This document shows positions 45,397-55,541 of a stretch of 64,000 nucleotides of DNA, one piece after another. Each line of letters begins with the position of its first letter. Position 1 is the stretch's first letter. The notes beneath the pieces were generated by a model, which searched no databases, was not told where the DNA came from, and worked only from the letters and a program-made list of their open reading frames with translations. The position numbers and the translations under genes are program-made. Source of the DNA: Candidatus Anstonellales archaeon (GTDB lineage Archaea; Micrarchaeota; Micrarchaeia; Anstonellales; J096); the NCBI GenBank assembly GCA_038890615.1, contig JAWAFI010000001.1, positions 194,611 to 258,610 of the forward strand, read 5' to 3'.

Positions 45397-45478
45397 ACCG
45401 CTTTTTTAAGGAAAGCATTGGCTTTAAAACATGATGGTTAAGGATAGGAGGGAAGAAGGTTAAGTTAAGAGGTTAAGC

Positions 45479-45928
45479 TCAGAAGAACCTTGCAAGGAAG
45501 TGGCCTATTAGGGCTAATATTGCCCCCATTATTGCGCCAATCACAAGTGCTATGATGCTCGCTACTAGGACCATTGCAATCCCTGCAAGGGCCACTCCTA
45601 CATTGCCTCCAACAACGCCCTGCACGACTAGGGTAATTATTGCAAGCACTAAGCCAACGACCCCAACAAGAACCCCTGTTATGGCGCCTGCAATTCCTGT
45701 GTCCATCCAGGCAAAGCCGTGCTCCTTCTTTGCGTTTCTGCCCATCCAGATGTAGACGACTATGTTGATGATGGAGATAAGAAGACTTACGATTCCTGTT
45801 ATTGCTGCAATCGCTTCTCCAAGGAAAATACCTAGAAGGCCCAAAAGAAAGCTGAGAAGGGCCAGCCCCACTAGGTACATAAGAGGGGTCTTCATTACAG
45901 GCATGTACTTGTCAAACATATTGACCAC
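45479..45928 (-). CDS. Gly-rich membrane protein, paralog of 44878-45396
   Basis: 4 TM helices; same shared motifs. Confidence 0.8.
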   Translation of the reverse strand: MVNMFDKYMPVMKTPLMYLVGLALLSFLLGLLGIFLGEAIAAITGIVSLLISIINIVVYIWMGRNAKKEHGFAWMDTGIAGAITGVLVGVVGLVLAIITLVVQGVVGGNVGVALAGIAMVLVASIIALVIGAIMGAILALIGHFLARFF

Positions 45929-45987
45929 ACGTTAAACCATGATGGCAGGGTTTAAAATCCTTGCGGTAATATGCTCAAAAGCAGAGC

Positions 45988-46512
45988 TCATACCTCTTTC
46001 TCTTTTACCCCGGCCTTGCTGTTTTCCTCTATTGCTAAGTAATACAAGTAATCCGAAAGCCTGTTCATGTATTGGAGTACAACAGCTTTCCCAGTAACTT
46101 CAAGCTCCTTAAGAGCTGAAACAATGCGCCTTTCTGCCCTCCTGCTCACTGCCCTTGCTATGTGGAGAAGAGCCCCCTGCTTTGTGCCCCCTGGCACAAT
46201 GAAGCTCGTTATCCTGTGCTTTGAGGAAAGCTCCTTTGCCCTCTGCTCAAGCCACTCTGGGTCTAAGGAGGGCTCCTTAACTGCTTCTGCTGTTGGGACT
46301 GTTGCGAGGTAGGTGCCCAGCGAAAAAAGCTCCTGTTGGACTTTTTCCACTTCATCCTTTTCAGCGCCCTTCATGTATGCTGCTGCAAGCCCTAAGATTG
46401 AGTTTAGCTCATCCAGAGCCCCTATAGCATCCATAATAGGATCGTCCTTCCAAACCTCCTTGTTGCCTATTACTTGGGTCTTGCCCTTGTCCCCTTTTTT
46501 TGTCAAGCCCAT
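45988..46512 (-). CDS. PduO-type cob(I)alamin adenosyltransferase
   Basis: TKKGDKGKT, GALDELNS, RAVSRRAER, YMNRLSDYL. Confidence 0.92.
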   Translation of the reverse strand: MGLTKKGDKGKTQVIGNKEVWKDDPIMDAIGALDELNSILGLAAAYMKGAEKDEVEKVQQELFSLGTYLATVPTAEAVKEPSLDPEWLEQRAKELSSKHRITSFIVPGGTKQGALLHIARAVSRRAERRIVSALKELEVTGKAVVLQYMNRLSDYLYYLAIEENSKAGVKEKEV

Positions 46513-46518
46513 AGCGAT

Positions 46519-46779
46519 CTAGCCACTTTGCCACCTTTTCAGTGTCTTGAGCTTCTCTTCAACAACCTCCTTTGCCTCCTTTTTGCCAACCCCCATCTCT
46601 TTGACAAGGTGATTGGCAACCTTTTCCACCATCTCTTCAAACTCAAGCGCCTCTGTGAATTCGCCATCCATGTAGCAGCGCTTGCAGTAGTCAGGGCTGA
46701 AAGTGCCGTCTTTTTCAGTGCCATTGTCCCCTTGCACCATAGGCATCCCGCAGCTCTGGCAAACTCCTCCACCGATCAT
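46519..46779 (-). CDS. Zinc-ribbon domain protein
   Basis: CQSCGMPM..GTEKDG...YCKRCY.DGEF, LKRW. Confidence 0.85.
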   Translation of the reverse strand: MIGGGVCQSCGMPMVQGDNGTEKDGTFSPDYCKRCYMDGEFTEALEFEEMVEKVANHLVKEMGVGKKEAKEVVEEKLKTLKRWQSG

Positions 46780-46833
46780 CCGCCCACCAAAATTAGAACC
46801 AAAAGGCCCTTTTTAAGTGTTTGCCTTGGCTGC

Positions 46834-48672
46834 TCATTTCCTCAAAGAAGCACCTGCAAGCAGGGTGAAGAAAGCACCATAAGCAGCAAGCGCCAGCAAT
46901 GGGCTTGGCTGGAAGGAGGCATAAAGGATGGCTGATTGCATGCTTATCACTGCCTGCGAAAGAGGCATTGCCATCCCTATGAAAGAGATTATAGAAGGCA
47001 TGAATTCAAAAGGAAAGAGGAGACCGCTCAGGAATAACAGGGGAAGGCCAACTACCAAAGAGGCAAGGAATGCAGTAGATTCAGAATCAGAATGGATGGC
47101 TATGAGCACGCCCAATGCGCAGAATGTGAAAACTAGCAGAGCCATTGTCTGGGCCACCATTGACCAAGCTCCAATGTCAAGCAGTGGGAATGCTCCATAG
47201 GCAATGGAAGCAACAAGGGAAAGCAGGAGCGCTTCAGGGATAAGCACAATTGTGTAGCTTAGCGCTTTTGTTGCAGCGAATTCGAAGGGGTTTACCTGCG
47301 CTGCATAGATGCGCATAAGTGTCCCAATTTGCTTCTCGCGCACTAATGCAATTGAGGAAAGGAAGAGCGCAACAAACATCATTATCAGCGGAAGCAAAGA
47401 TGGAAGCATGAACCCAAAGAACTGGCGCTCCCCGAAAATGTAGCTAGTGGATATGAGCATTGGGGAAATGACGAATGAAGGCGAGCGGGAGGTTATCTCT
47501 GCAATCTGCGCCCTGCTTGAGGTTATTATGTTTTCTAGGTAGTAAGTTTTCTCTTCAATCTCATTAAGCGAAGAATTCACTTCAGCGATTGTCTCCAATG
47601 CAGAGATGCGGTTCTGCTCAAGCTCATCAACAAAGTTGAGCATGCTTGCAACCTTCAGCTCAGCGTCGTATGTGCTGTTGCGTGCAGAGTATATGCGTGC
47701 CTTGAACACCTGTATTGTCTCATTTGCCTCTGCAAGGTTTTGCTTGGCTGCGCGCACTCTCTCCAGCCGAGTTTCAACAGCAAGCTTCGAGTCGTTTACT
47801 TTTGATTCAAGAGAAGAGAGAGAAAGGCAGTAGGCATAGTAGAGCGGGTCGCTGCAGTTTATGCCTGCATGCATAAGGGAGATTGTCAAGCTAGCTCCTG
47901 ATAAGGTTTCGTTTATCTGGGCAAGGTCTGCCTCTGTCTGCTCAAGCTCTACAGCATAATCAGCAAAATCAGATTCTATTTCAGTAAGGTTGCCTTCTGC
48001 TTCATCAAGGACCTGTTGGGTTTCATATATGGAGGAGTTTGCAATGTATATCTCTTCTCTTACCCCGCTTATGTTCAGAGAGCTAAGCGAATTAGCAGTT
48101 GCAGCAAGCCTTGCCCTCATGCTGCGCACCCTTTGCCTTGTTTCATTTATCCCAGAGCTTAGCCCCTCAAGCTTGGCGCTTGCATCATCAAGCTTTGCCC
48201 AAACAGAAAGTATGAAGCCTTCGCCTATGTGCTGGTCTGTCTCCTGCACTGCTGCTTTTATGAAGGCCTCCACAGTAGGGGAAACTTGGAAGCGCGAGTT
48301 GTCAACTATAAGGGCTATTTTTTGGGTTTTCCCTTCCATAATCCCCTGCTCAAAGCCATTGGGTATTACAATGCCTGCAGCAAGCTTTCCATCCTTTATG
48401 TCCTTTTCCAGCAGGTAAGCGCATGAAGAGTTGCCTATGTATTCAACTGCCTCGCTTGAGTCCTTTATGCCGCTTATGAAGAGCTGGGAGGCATTGCTGT
48501 TGTCAAGGTCGCATATGCCTATGGCGCTCCTTCCAACCTGCGCAAGGCTCCCGCTGAAAACTGCCCCAAGGATAAAAAGTATTAAGAGAGGGGCAACTGC
48601 CATAAGCATCAGTGTCTTTGCCTCGCGCATGAACTGCTTTGAGTCCTTTTCTATCTCACTTATTATGTTCAA
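46834..48672 (-). CDS. ABC-2 type permease with a long extracellular coiled-coil insertion (YhgE/Pip-like)
   Basis: TM1, DLDNS, about 240-aa heptad region, REKQIGTL, FLSGLLFP. Confidence 0.85.
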   Translation of the reverse strand: MNIISEIEKDSKQFMREAKTLMLMAVAPLLILFILGAVFSGSLAQVGRSAIGICDLDNSNASQLFISGIKDSSEAVEYIGNSSCAYLLEKDIKDGKLAAGIVIPNGFEQGIMEGKTQKIALIVDNSRFQVSPTVEAFIKAAVQETDQHIGEGFILSVWAKLDDASAKLEGLSSGINETRQRVRSMRARLAATANSLSSLNISGVREEIYIANSSIYETQQVLDEAEGNLTEIESDFADYAVELEQTEADLAQINETLSGASLTISLMHAGINCSDPLYYAYCLSLSSLESKVNDSKLAVETRLERVRAAKQNLAEANETIQVFKARIYSARNSTYDAELKVASMLNFVDELEQNRISALETIAEVNSSLNEIEEKTYYLENIITSSRAQIAEITSRSPSFVISPMLISTSYIFGERQFFGFMLPSLLPLIMMFVALFLSSIALVREKQIGTLMRIYAAQVNPFEFAATKALSYTIVLIPEALLLSLVASIAYGAFPLLDIGAWSMVAQTMALLVFTFCALGVLIAIHSDSESTAFLASLVVGLPLLFLSGLLFPFEFMPSIISFIGMAMPLSQAVISMQSAILYASFQPSPLLALAAYGAFFTLLAGASLRK

Positions 48673-49612
48673 CTGCGCTCGCCTCCCTTAGCTTTGAGCC
48701 AGTTAGCTTTAGGAAAACATCCTCAAGCGATGGCTTGGATATGGAAAGCTCTACGATCGTTTCCCCATTTTCCTTAAGGGCCTTTGAGATTTCAGCCATA
48801 TGAAGGCCTATCTCCTTCCCTTCTATGACCATGCCGTGCTCGGTTGCAGTTACGCTTTCAACCCCTTTTATGCCTTTTATGAGCTTAATGAGCTCCTTCG
48901 GAGATCCAGGCACTGATTTTAGCTTGGCTATCTCCCTTCCAACCATCTTCTTGAGCTCATCTAATGTCCCCTCAGCTACAAGCTTGCCTGAATTCACAAA
49001 AGCAATCCTATTGCAGAGCGCCTCTGCTTCTTCCATGTAATGGGTTGTAAGTATTAGGGTGGCTTTGGCATCAGCAACCACCTTTTTCATTGTCTCCCAC
49101 ATGCTTATCCTTGTGGCAGGGTCAAGCCCTGTTGTAGGCTCGTCAAGGATTATTACCTTTGGGCTATGCATCAATGCGCATGCCAAGCTAAGGCGCCTTT
49201 TCATTCCTCCGCTAAGGAACTGCGAAGTGGTGTCTTTCTTTTCGCTCAGCCCAAGGCTTTCAAGGAGGAAAGCAGCGCGCTCCCTTGCCTCCTTGCCCTC
49301 TATTCCGTAGAGTGAGCCAAAGTAGAGGAGGTTCTCCATGCAGGAAAGAAGGGGGTAAATAGCATTCTCCTGAGGAGCAATCCCTATCTGCCTCCTTAAC
49401 TCAGGGCATGCCTCCCTGCCGAAGATTTTTAGAGTTCCTAAGTCCTGCCTTTCCAAGCCAGCCACTATCCTTATGAAGGTGCTCTTGCCTGCCCCGTTTG
49501 GCCCAAGGAGGCCGAAAACCTCCCCTCTTCTCACCTTCAAGGAAAACCTGGAAAGCGCAACCTTGTTCTTGTATGTCCTTGAAAGGCCTTCAGCCTCAAT
49601 GGCGTATTCCAC
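48656..49612 (-). CDS. ABC transporter ATPase (DrrA-like)
   Basis: GPNGAGKST, LSGGMKRR, LDEPTTGLD, TTHYMEEA, PSLEDVF. Confidence 0.93.
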   Translation of the reverse strand: MEYAIEAEGLSRTYKNKVALSRFSLKVRRGEVFGLLGPNGAGKSTFIRIVAGLERQDLGTLKIFGREACPELRRQIGIAPQENAIYPLLSCMENLLYFGSLYGIEGKEARERAAFLLESLGLSEKKDTTSQFLSGGMKRRLSLACALMHSPKVIILDEPTTGLDPATRISMWETMKKVVADAKATLILTTHYMEEAEALCNRIAFVNSGKLVAEGTLDELKKMVGREIAKLKSVPGSPKELIKLIKGIKGVESVTATEHGMVIEGKEIGLHMAEISKALKENGETIVELSISKPSLEDVFLKLTGSKLREASAVEHNK

Positions 49613-49635
49613 AGGTTAGAAACTCGCCTGCATTT

Positions 49636-50082
49636 TTAAATCCTTTTGTAAATGGGCCTAACCTTCTCCCATTTTTCAACAGGGCCATTGCGCACAATGA
49701 AAATAGGGTGTGGCTCTATTTTATTTACTCTGCTTAGCTCTGCGAGCTTCCTTTTGTCCCTTCTGGCAAGCTTTGCTTTCAGGTGGGCAAACTCATACTC
49801 AATCTGCCCCCTGCTTACTGCTATTCTTCCTTTGGATTTTCTCCCTATCTTGCGCCCATCGAATGAGTAGCCCCTGCCCATTGCCTCCTTGTGTATGAAG
49901 TGCAGGTAAAGGTTGAGCATGCCAACAGGGTCTTTTTTTGAGATGAACCTTAAGGGCTGGGGGTGGTTGGCGTAGCCCTTGCTCTTTCCCTCAAGCACTG
50001 CCTTTGCCAAAAGTGCCTCTCTCCAAAGGGCAGTGAGCCCTTTTGCATCAAGGTACTTTGGGTGTATGCTCCAAAGCCGCAT
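49636..50082 (-). CDS. Pyrimidine-dimer DNA glycosylase (T4 endonuclease V-like)
   Basis: MRLWSIHPKYLD.KGL.ALWREALLA, GY.NHPQ, EA..RGY.F. Confidence 0.85.
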   Translation of the reverse strand: MRLWSIHPKYLDAKGLTALWREALLAKAVLEGKSKGYANHPQPLRFISKKDPVGMLNLYLHFIHKEAMGRGYSFDGRKIGRKSKGRIAVSRGQIEYEFAHLKAKLARRDKRKLAELSRVNKIEPHPIFIVRNGPVEKWEKVRPIYKRI

Positions 50083-50121
50083 AAGATATAGCAACTAATT
50101 TTAACCTTACTATTTTTCTAT

Positions 50122-51477
50122 ATGGCACGAAGAATATACATCCTTGAAGGATTTCCTGAGGAGATAATAGCAGTTGCATTCGCAAAAACGAGCAGGAGCC
50201 CTGACCCATTTGACCAGACAGCAAAGGAGCTTAATGATGACAAGGCGCGGCAGTTCCATGAGAGGTGGGTGGTAGGCTATGGCCACTCGAGCGTTGCAGA
50301 GCATGCAGTGCTTCATATAGCAATGGAAGGGGTAAGCAGGCTTGCAGTGGAAAGGATAGAATCAGCAAGATTGGCTTCCTATACTGAAAAAAGCACACGC
50401 TACCAAACCATCACAAAAGACTCCTTCTTATTCCCTGAGGAGTTTTCAGGGAAGTATGACAAGCAGTATGAGGAGTTCATAGACTTCGTGTATAGGGCTT
50501 ATTCAGAAAGCCTTGATGCTTTTATACCTTATTTCAAGGAGAGGATGCAAAAGAAGGAAGGGGAGCAGGACAAGGCCTATGAAATAAGGGTAAGGGCCGC
50601 ATCACTTGACAGGGCAAGATTCCTCCTGACAAACTCAATGCTTGCAAATGTAGGCATGACAGTTAATGCAAGGGAATTGGAGAGATGCCTTGTGAAGCTG
50701 CTTTCTTCCAATGTCAAGGAGGTAAGGGATATAGCAGAGGAGATTAAAAGGGAAGCGCTAAAGGCAACCCCAACCCTTGTGAAGTATGCAAACCCAAGTG
50801 CTTATATTCAGGAATGCGAAGCGCACTACTTTGCAATACATAGGGAAGAAAGGAGCGGAAATGCAGAGCCAGTTAGGCTTATGCATTACACAAGGGACGG
50901 GGTGATAAGGGTCATTGCTGCAATAATGTTCAGGCATTCTGGGCTGGATTATGAGCAGTGCTACAAGAAGGCAATGGCAATGACTGCTGAAGAGAGGAAA
51001 AGCTACCTAAGCAAGGCGCTTTCAGTTGGGAGCTTTGACACCCCTGTAAGGGAGCTTGAGCAATCTTCTTATACCTTTGAGCTTGTGATGGATGAAGGGG
51101 CTTTCTGCGAATTCAAGAGACACAGGATACTGTCTCCTGTATACCAAAAGCCTTCTGCACTGCTTGGCTACTACATGCCAAAGGAGTTTGCGGAGGTTGG
51201 AAAAGAAGGGCTTTTCAGGGAAGCAATGGAGCGCTCTGAAGGGCTTTACAAAGAAATAGAAAAGGAGATGCCTGAGCAGGCTGAGTATGCCATAACCAAT
51301 GCCCATAATAGGAGGGTCTTAGTCACCATGAACGCAAGGGAGCTCTACCATTATATAAGGCTAAGGGCCTCTCCTGCGGCGCACTTCACAATAAGGGAGA
51401 TTACGCAGAAGATGCATGAGGAGCTGAAGAAGATGCACCCGGAGATCTTTGAGCCCCTTAAGCCAAGGGAGAAGTAA
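50122..51477 (+). CDS. thyX: Tandem-domain FAD-dependent thymidylate synthase
   Basis: YGHSSVAEHA, RLASYTEKSTRY, NAREL; second domain RHR...NARELYHYIRLR...AHFTIR. Confidence 0.88.
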   Translation: MARRIYILEGFPEEIIAVAFAKTSRSPDPFDQTAKELNDDKARQFHERWVVGYGHSSVAEHAVLHIAMEGVSRLAVERIESARLASYTEKSTRYQTITKDSFLFPEEFSGKYDKQYEEFIDFVYRAYSESLDAFIPYFKERMQKKEGEQDKAYEIRVRAASLDRARFLLTNSMLANVGMTVNARELERCLVKLLSSNVKEVRDIAEEIKREALKATPTLVKYANPSAYIQECEAHYFAIHREERSGNAEPVRLMHYTRDGVIRVIAAIMFRHSGLDYEQCYKKAMAMTAEERKSYLSKALSVGSFDTPVRELEQSSYTFELVMDEGAFCEFKRHRILSPVYQKPSALLGYYMPKEFAEVGKEGLFREAMERSEGLYKEIEKEMPEQAEYAITNAHNRRVLVTMNARELYHYIRLRASPAAHFTIREITQKMHEELKKMHPEIFEPLKPREK

Positions 51478-52188
51478 TCAGAACAGGCTAATATCTGCAT
51501 TGCTTCCTTTGGATTGGCTCTTTTCTGCCTCATCAAGCTGCTTGCTGACCAAAACTGCAGCCCCTCCTTTTATGGCTAAAAACTTTAATTCCTCCTCTAT
51601 TTTCATTAGCAACTCTATTTTCTTTTCCCTTGCAATAATGCCCCTTTTTGAGAACTCATCTATAACATCAATGGAGAACCTGATTGTCTTGTCAATCACT
51701 TCAGCAATCCTTTCTGGCTCATCCTCCTCTTTCTTTAGTATTGAGAGAACCCTTATCCTTTTCATTGCGTATTCAATTGCCAACTCAGGGCTTTCAGTAT
51801 AGAAATGAAGGTGCATGATCCTTTTGTATATTTTCTGCTCCTTTCCCTTGTCCTCCATCTCAGCGCTTTCCTGCGCAAGTGAATTAAATTTGGAAACAAG
51901 GTCTATGAACCATTTCTGCTCCCTTATGGCTTTTGCCTCCTTTGAGTATACCTCCATCGAGCCCTTGTCCACGCTGCACCTTTGCTTAAGCTCGCTCAGC
52001 TTCATGCAGATCCTTTTGCCCAGCTCTATGTAGTCTATTGACTTGCCCACAAGCTTGGAAAGATTCTTGAAAAGAAGGAAAACCTCTTCTTCAATCAGGC
52101 CAGCCCTGCCTTCTTGGATGCCTTCATGGCGCTCATCCCTCTTGGGCTTGCTGCCCTTGAATATCATGCGCCTGAAGTTCATAAGCAT
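51478..52188 (-). CDS. Hypothetical helical protein
   Basis: 236-aa charged ORF. Confidence 0.65.
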   Translation of the reverse strand: MLMNFRRMIFKGSKPKRDERHEGIQEGRAGLIEEEVFLLFKNLSKLVGKSIDYIELGKRICMKLSELKQRCSVDKGSMEVYSKEAKAIREQKWFIDLVSKFNSLAQESAEMEDKGKEQKIYKRIMHLHFYTESPELAIEYAMKRIRVLSILKKEEDEPERIAEVIDKTIRFSIDVIDEFSKRGIIAREKKIELLMKIEEELKFLAIKGGAAVLVSKQLDEAEKSQSKGSNADISLF

Positions 52189-52226
52189 TATTCTGCAGGA
52201 CCCTTTTATTAATTTTGCCTTAATAG

Positions 52227-55200
52227 CTACATAAACTCAGTTATGCCTTTCTGCTTCCTTTTTTCCTGCCCGAATATGCTTTCTGTAGCTGCCTTGAAAA
52301 GCTCGAGCCTTTCCTTGAGGTAGGGTGAAAGGCTATACTTATCAACCATCTCACTGGCTATCTCAAGGAACTTCAGCACCCCGCCTTTGCTCACAGTGAG
52401 GGCAATGCTCCCTCCGCACCTAGTGCACTTCCCTACAAGAGGCACCCTTCTGTAAATGGCATTGCACTTAACGCACCTGAAACCTTGCCTGCTGAACTTC
52501 CTGAGGTTTCCATACAAGTCAGGGAGGAAGTGGCTTGTGATAACCCTTTCGGCTGCATCTTGGAAATCAACAGCCCGCAGCTTGGAGTGTATCCTCATCT
52601 CTTCATCTATCTTTTCAGGCACAGAATTGAAAAGCTTGTAAGTGCTCCTTACAGGACCTGCGTCTATTGTTGCCGTGTGATGGGTGTAGTCAAGAGGGCC
52701 GTACTGCTCCTCCTTCCCTATGATGTCCTTGACAGTCCTTACCTTGACCTCGCTTGGGCTCTTAAGCTCTGAAGCAGCCCTGTAGAACTCAGCTCCATAC
52801 TCAGGCACTATTTCCATTGCATAAACCTCATCGTCAACCTCTTCAGGGTCTATGATTGTGGTAAGCACTATTGGGGCGTCCATTGTGCCCCCCCTGCTCC
52901 TTCCAAGGAAGTGCTTGCTGAAGTTAAGGAGCGCGTCAAGGAGCAGCATAATGCTGTCCTCATCCCCATCGCAGTTCCTCCTTTTTGCTGTGTGGAAGTA
53001 AGGATGGCAGAATTGCACATCTGCCTTGGTAAAACCTATTACCCTGCCAACAACAGCAGCAGAGGTATGAGGGGAGAGGCCAAGGACAAGGTGCCCTACG
53101 AGATCCTCTTTTTTCTTTAGGTTGTAGAATGGCTTTTCTTTGTAGAGGTAAACTAGCAGCTCATCTATGAACTGGCTTACCCTCACAAAGTATTCCCCTG
53201 CCTTTTCAGGTATTATAACATCCTGCACTTTTAGGGGGAGCATCTGGGTGTCAAAAGAAAGCTCCTCGTTGTATATGTCTTTTGAGTAGCCAAGCTCCTT
53301 TAGCTTCTCAACAGGCGTCCCTATCTCAGCAGGCATAAACTGGGTGAGCGGGGCATTTATCATGTCATACCTTGCAGTACCGTCCTTGTTCACATATATG
53401 CCGTACTTCTCCCTGAGGAAACCTTTCTCAATGCGCTCTGCCTCTTTCTCCTTGCCTATGAGCCCCTGCACTCCAATAAGGGCTTTCGGGGAATAGCCAA
53501 GCCGCTTTGAGGCTGCCTCAAAAAGCTCCTTGAAGCCAACAACCTTCCTTATCCAAGGGGAGCATTCCTTTCCGCAATGGGCAGAAGACCTTACTTTTTT
53601 GTTGCAAACCTGGCAGATGTACATTCGCTCTGCCCTTGAGCCGCATAGACCGCAAAGCTTGTAGGGCTGGGAAGTGTTGCACCTGCTGCAGTAATAGATT
53701 GCAATCTCGACAGAGCTCTCGTAGCCAGATTTGCCTTCATAGACAAGGTTCAGGTTCCTCCTTGTGACGCCTGTGGGGTAAAGGACATGCGGCTTGCCGT
53801 TCATCATCCTGGGCTCTGCTTTTTCAGGCCTGCCCATCCTTGCGCCTATGAAAGTGCCTGCTCGATCCCTTATCTCAACCCCTGAAAGAAATGAGAGCGC
53901 TTGGAATATGTCCATTGAGCTTATTGCTTCCTTTGCCTTTTCTGCCTCTTCCTTTGACTTGCGAAGCATGCCAAGCGTGTAAAGGAGGGCGCACGAGTAA
54001 TCCTCCTTGATGTAGAGCTGGCCATCAACCTTTTTGAATTCGCAGCCAAGCTTAGCAAGCGTGTCTGAAAGGGCGCTGTTGAGTATGAGCACATCGCCTT
54101 TCTGGGGGGCGCCTACCAGCGAGTCAATAAGGGCAATAAGCTCATCCTTAGATACTTGGTTCCAGAACAGCAGGTATTTGGGGTGCAGAGGCACATTGTA
54201 GATCTTGGAGAACTCAAATGCATCTTCACAGCTCCCTATTGACTTTGCGCCTCCTTTTTCCTTGCATTCTGCGCTCCACCACTCCTCGCAGTAGCCTGCT
54301 GGCACCAGAGGATGGCCTGACTTCTGGAAATCTCCGTATGTTATAAGTATGTCCCCTAGGTAATAGACCTTTTCCACCTTGCCCTTTACTTCCATTGCCC
54401 TTTCAAGCGAATTCAGACGCTCAACGCTTCCATCATTAAGCATTACTAAGGGCCCCTCTATGCTTGTGCATGAGGTAATTGTTGAGCTCTTGCCAGGCCT
54501 TTCAACTTTCATCTGCGTGCCATGGGCTATGAAGTCATCAAGTATGACCATTGTAGCGGGATGTATTGCCTTTGCCATTATGCCTGTTGTGCGCGCCCTT
54601 CCATACCTGAGCCTGAAGCCGCCGCTGGCCATTGGATAGGAGAAGATCGGCCTGCCTGCAACAAGGCCTTCAAGGTACTTAAAGCTCGGCTTTATCTCAG
54701 TCTTGCTCTCTTTGCTTGTCACTACTTTTATTACCTTCTCCAGCCACTCCCAGTCAAGGTTGAACTTCCTTGCGTATTTCAGCACCTTCATTGCCTTCTG
54801 CGCAATGCCTTCGCATGAAACAAGCGCAACCCCACCCCTGACTTTGTTTGTATTCACCCTTTCCAGGTTCCTGTAGGCGCTTACCTCAAAGTCCTCTGTG
54901 GGGTGGCCATTTATGCATATCGGGCAGTTCCTGAATATGTGCCTTATATCATCATCAGAGGGCTTGTACTGGAGCTTGGCAGCCCTTGCATCGTAGAGGT
55001 TAACCTCCTCAACATAGCGCTCAATCTCATTTTCCATTGGGGAGTAGCGCCCGATCCCAAGCTTCTGCCTGGCATAGTCAGCAAGCAGCACTGTCATTGC
55101 AACAGCAGTGCCCCCTGCCCCCCTTATCGGGCCTGCATAATAGATGGAGACATAATTGCTCCCTTTCCATTCTTCAATTTTCACTTCAACGATCCCCTCT

Positions 55201-55541
55201 GTTGGGGCAACAACAACACCTTCTGTAATCACTGCAGTGCCTGTCCTGACTGCCATCTCTACCTTCTGCTGCTGGCTGAAATCCCCAAATTCTCCGCTGC
55301 ATATCATTTCAGCAAGCTTAAAGGCAATCTCCTCCCTGCCAAGGCCCTGCGCCTCAAGCTCCCTTATGCGCGCAGCCACCCCTTTTGGGCCAACTATTGC
55401 CTCCACCCTTCCTGCCATGTCCTTTGCAACCTCTATCTCCACCTTGTCCTCAGGGTCATATCCCAGCGACCGTGCCCTTGCTGCTATGGAGAAGCATTCG
55501 CTTATGCCTTTCATTATGCTCTCGCTGTATTCAGCTGTCAA
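52227..55541 (-). CDS. polC: DNA polymerase D large subunit DP2
   Basis: YAGPIRGAGGT, GGFRLRYGR, AKRRNCDGDED, C-terminal FRCVKC...CTRCGG; no intein. Confidence 0.97.
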   Translation of the reverse strand: MTAEYSESIMKGISECFSIAARARSLGYDPEDKVEIEVAKDMAGRVEAIVGPKGVAARIRELEAQGLGREEIAFKLAEMICSGEFGDFSQQQKVEMAVRTGTAVITEGVVVAPTEGIVEVKIEEWKGSNYVSIYYAGPIRGAGGTAVAMTVLLADYARQKLGIGRYSPMENEIERYVEEVNLYDARAAKLQYKPSDDDIRHIFRNCPICINGHPTEDFEVSAYRNLERVNTNKVRGGVALVSCEGIAQKAMKVLKYARKFNLDWEWLEKVIKVVTSKESKTEIKPSFKYLEGLVAGRPIFSYPMASGGFRLRYGRARTTGIMAKAIHPATMVILDDFIAHGTQMKVERPGKSSTITSCTSIEGPLVMLNDGSVERLNSLERAMEVKGKVEKVYYLGDILITYGDFQKSGHPLVPAGYCEEWWSAECKEKGGAKSIGSCEDAFEFSKIYNVPLHPKYLLFWNQVSKDELIALIDSLVGAPQKGDVLILNSALSDTLAKLGCEFKKVDGQLYIKEDYSCALLYTLGMLRKSKEEAEKAKEAISSMDIFQALSFLSGVEIRDRAGTFIGARMGRPEKAEPRMMNGKPHVLYPTGVTRRNLNLVYEGKSGYESSVEIAIYYCSRCNTSQPYKLCGLCGSRAERMYICQVCNKKVRSSAHCGKECSPWIRKVVGFKELFEAASKRLGYSPKALIGVQGLIGKEKEAERIEKGFLREKYGIYVNKDGTARYDMINAPLTQFMPAEIGTPVEKLKELGYSKDIYNEELSFDTQMLPLKVQDVIIPEKAGEYFVRVSQFIDELLVYLYKEKPFYNLKKKEDLVGHLVLGLSPHTSAAVVGRVIGFTKADVQFCHPYFHTAKRRNCDGDEDSIMLLLDALLNFSKHFLGRSRGGTMDAPIVLTTIIDPEEVDDEVYAMEIVPEYGAEFYRAASELKSPSEVKVRTVKDIIGKEEQYGPLDYTHHTATIDAGPVRSTYKLFNSVPEKIDEEMRIHSKLRAVDFQDAAERVITSHFLPDLYGNLRKFSRQGFRCVKCNAIYRRVPLVGKCTRCGGSIALTVSKGGVLKFLEIASEMVDKYSLSPYLKERLELFKAATESIFGQEKRKQKGITEFM

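Noticed and set aside
52227..55541. Intein in DP2
   Set aside because: 1104 aa is normal length; no C/S...HN splice motifs or LAGLIDADG insert seen
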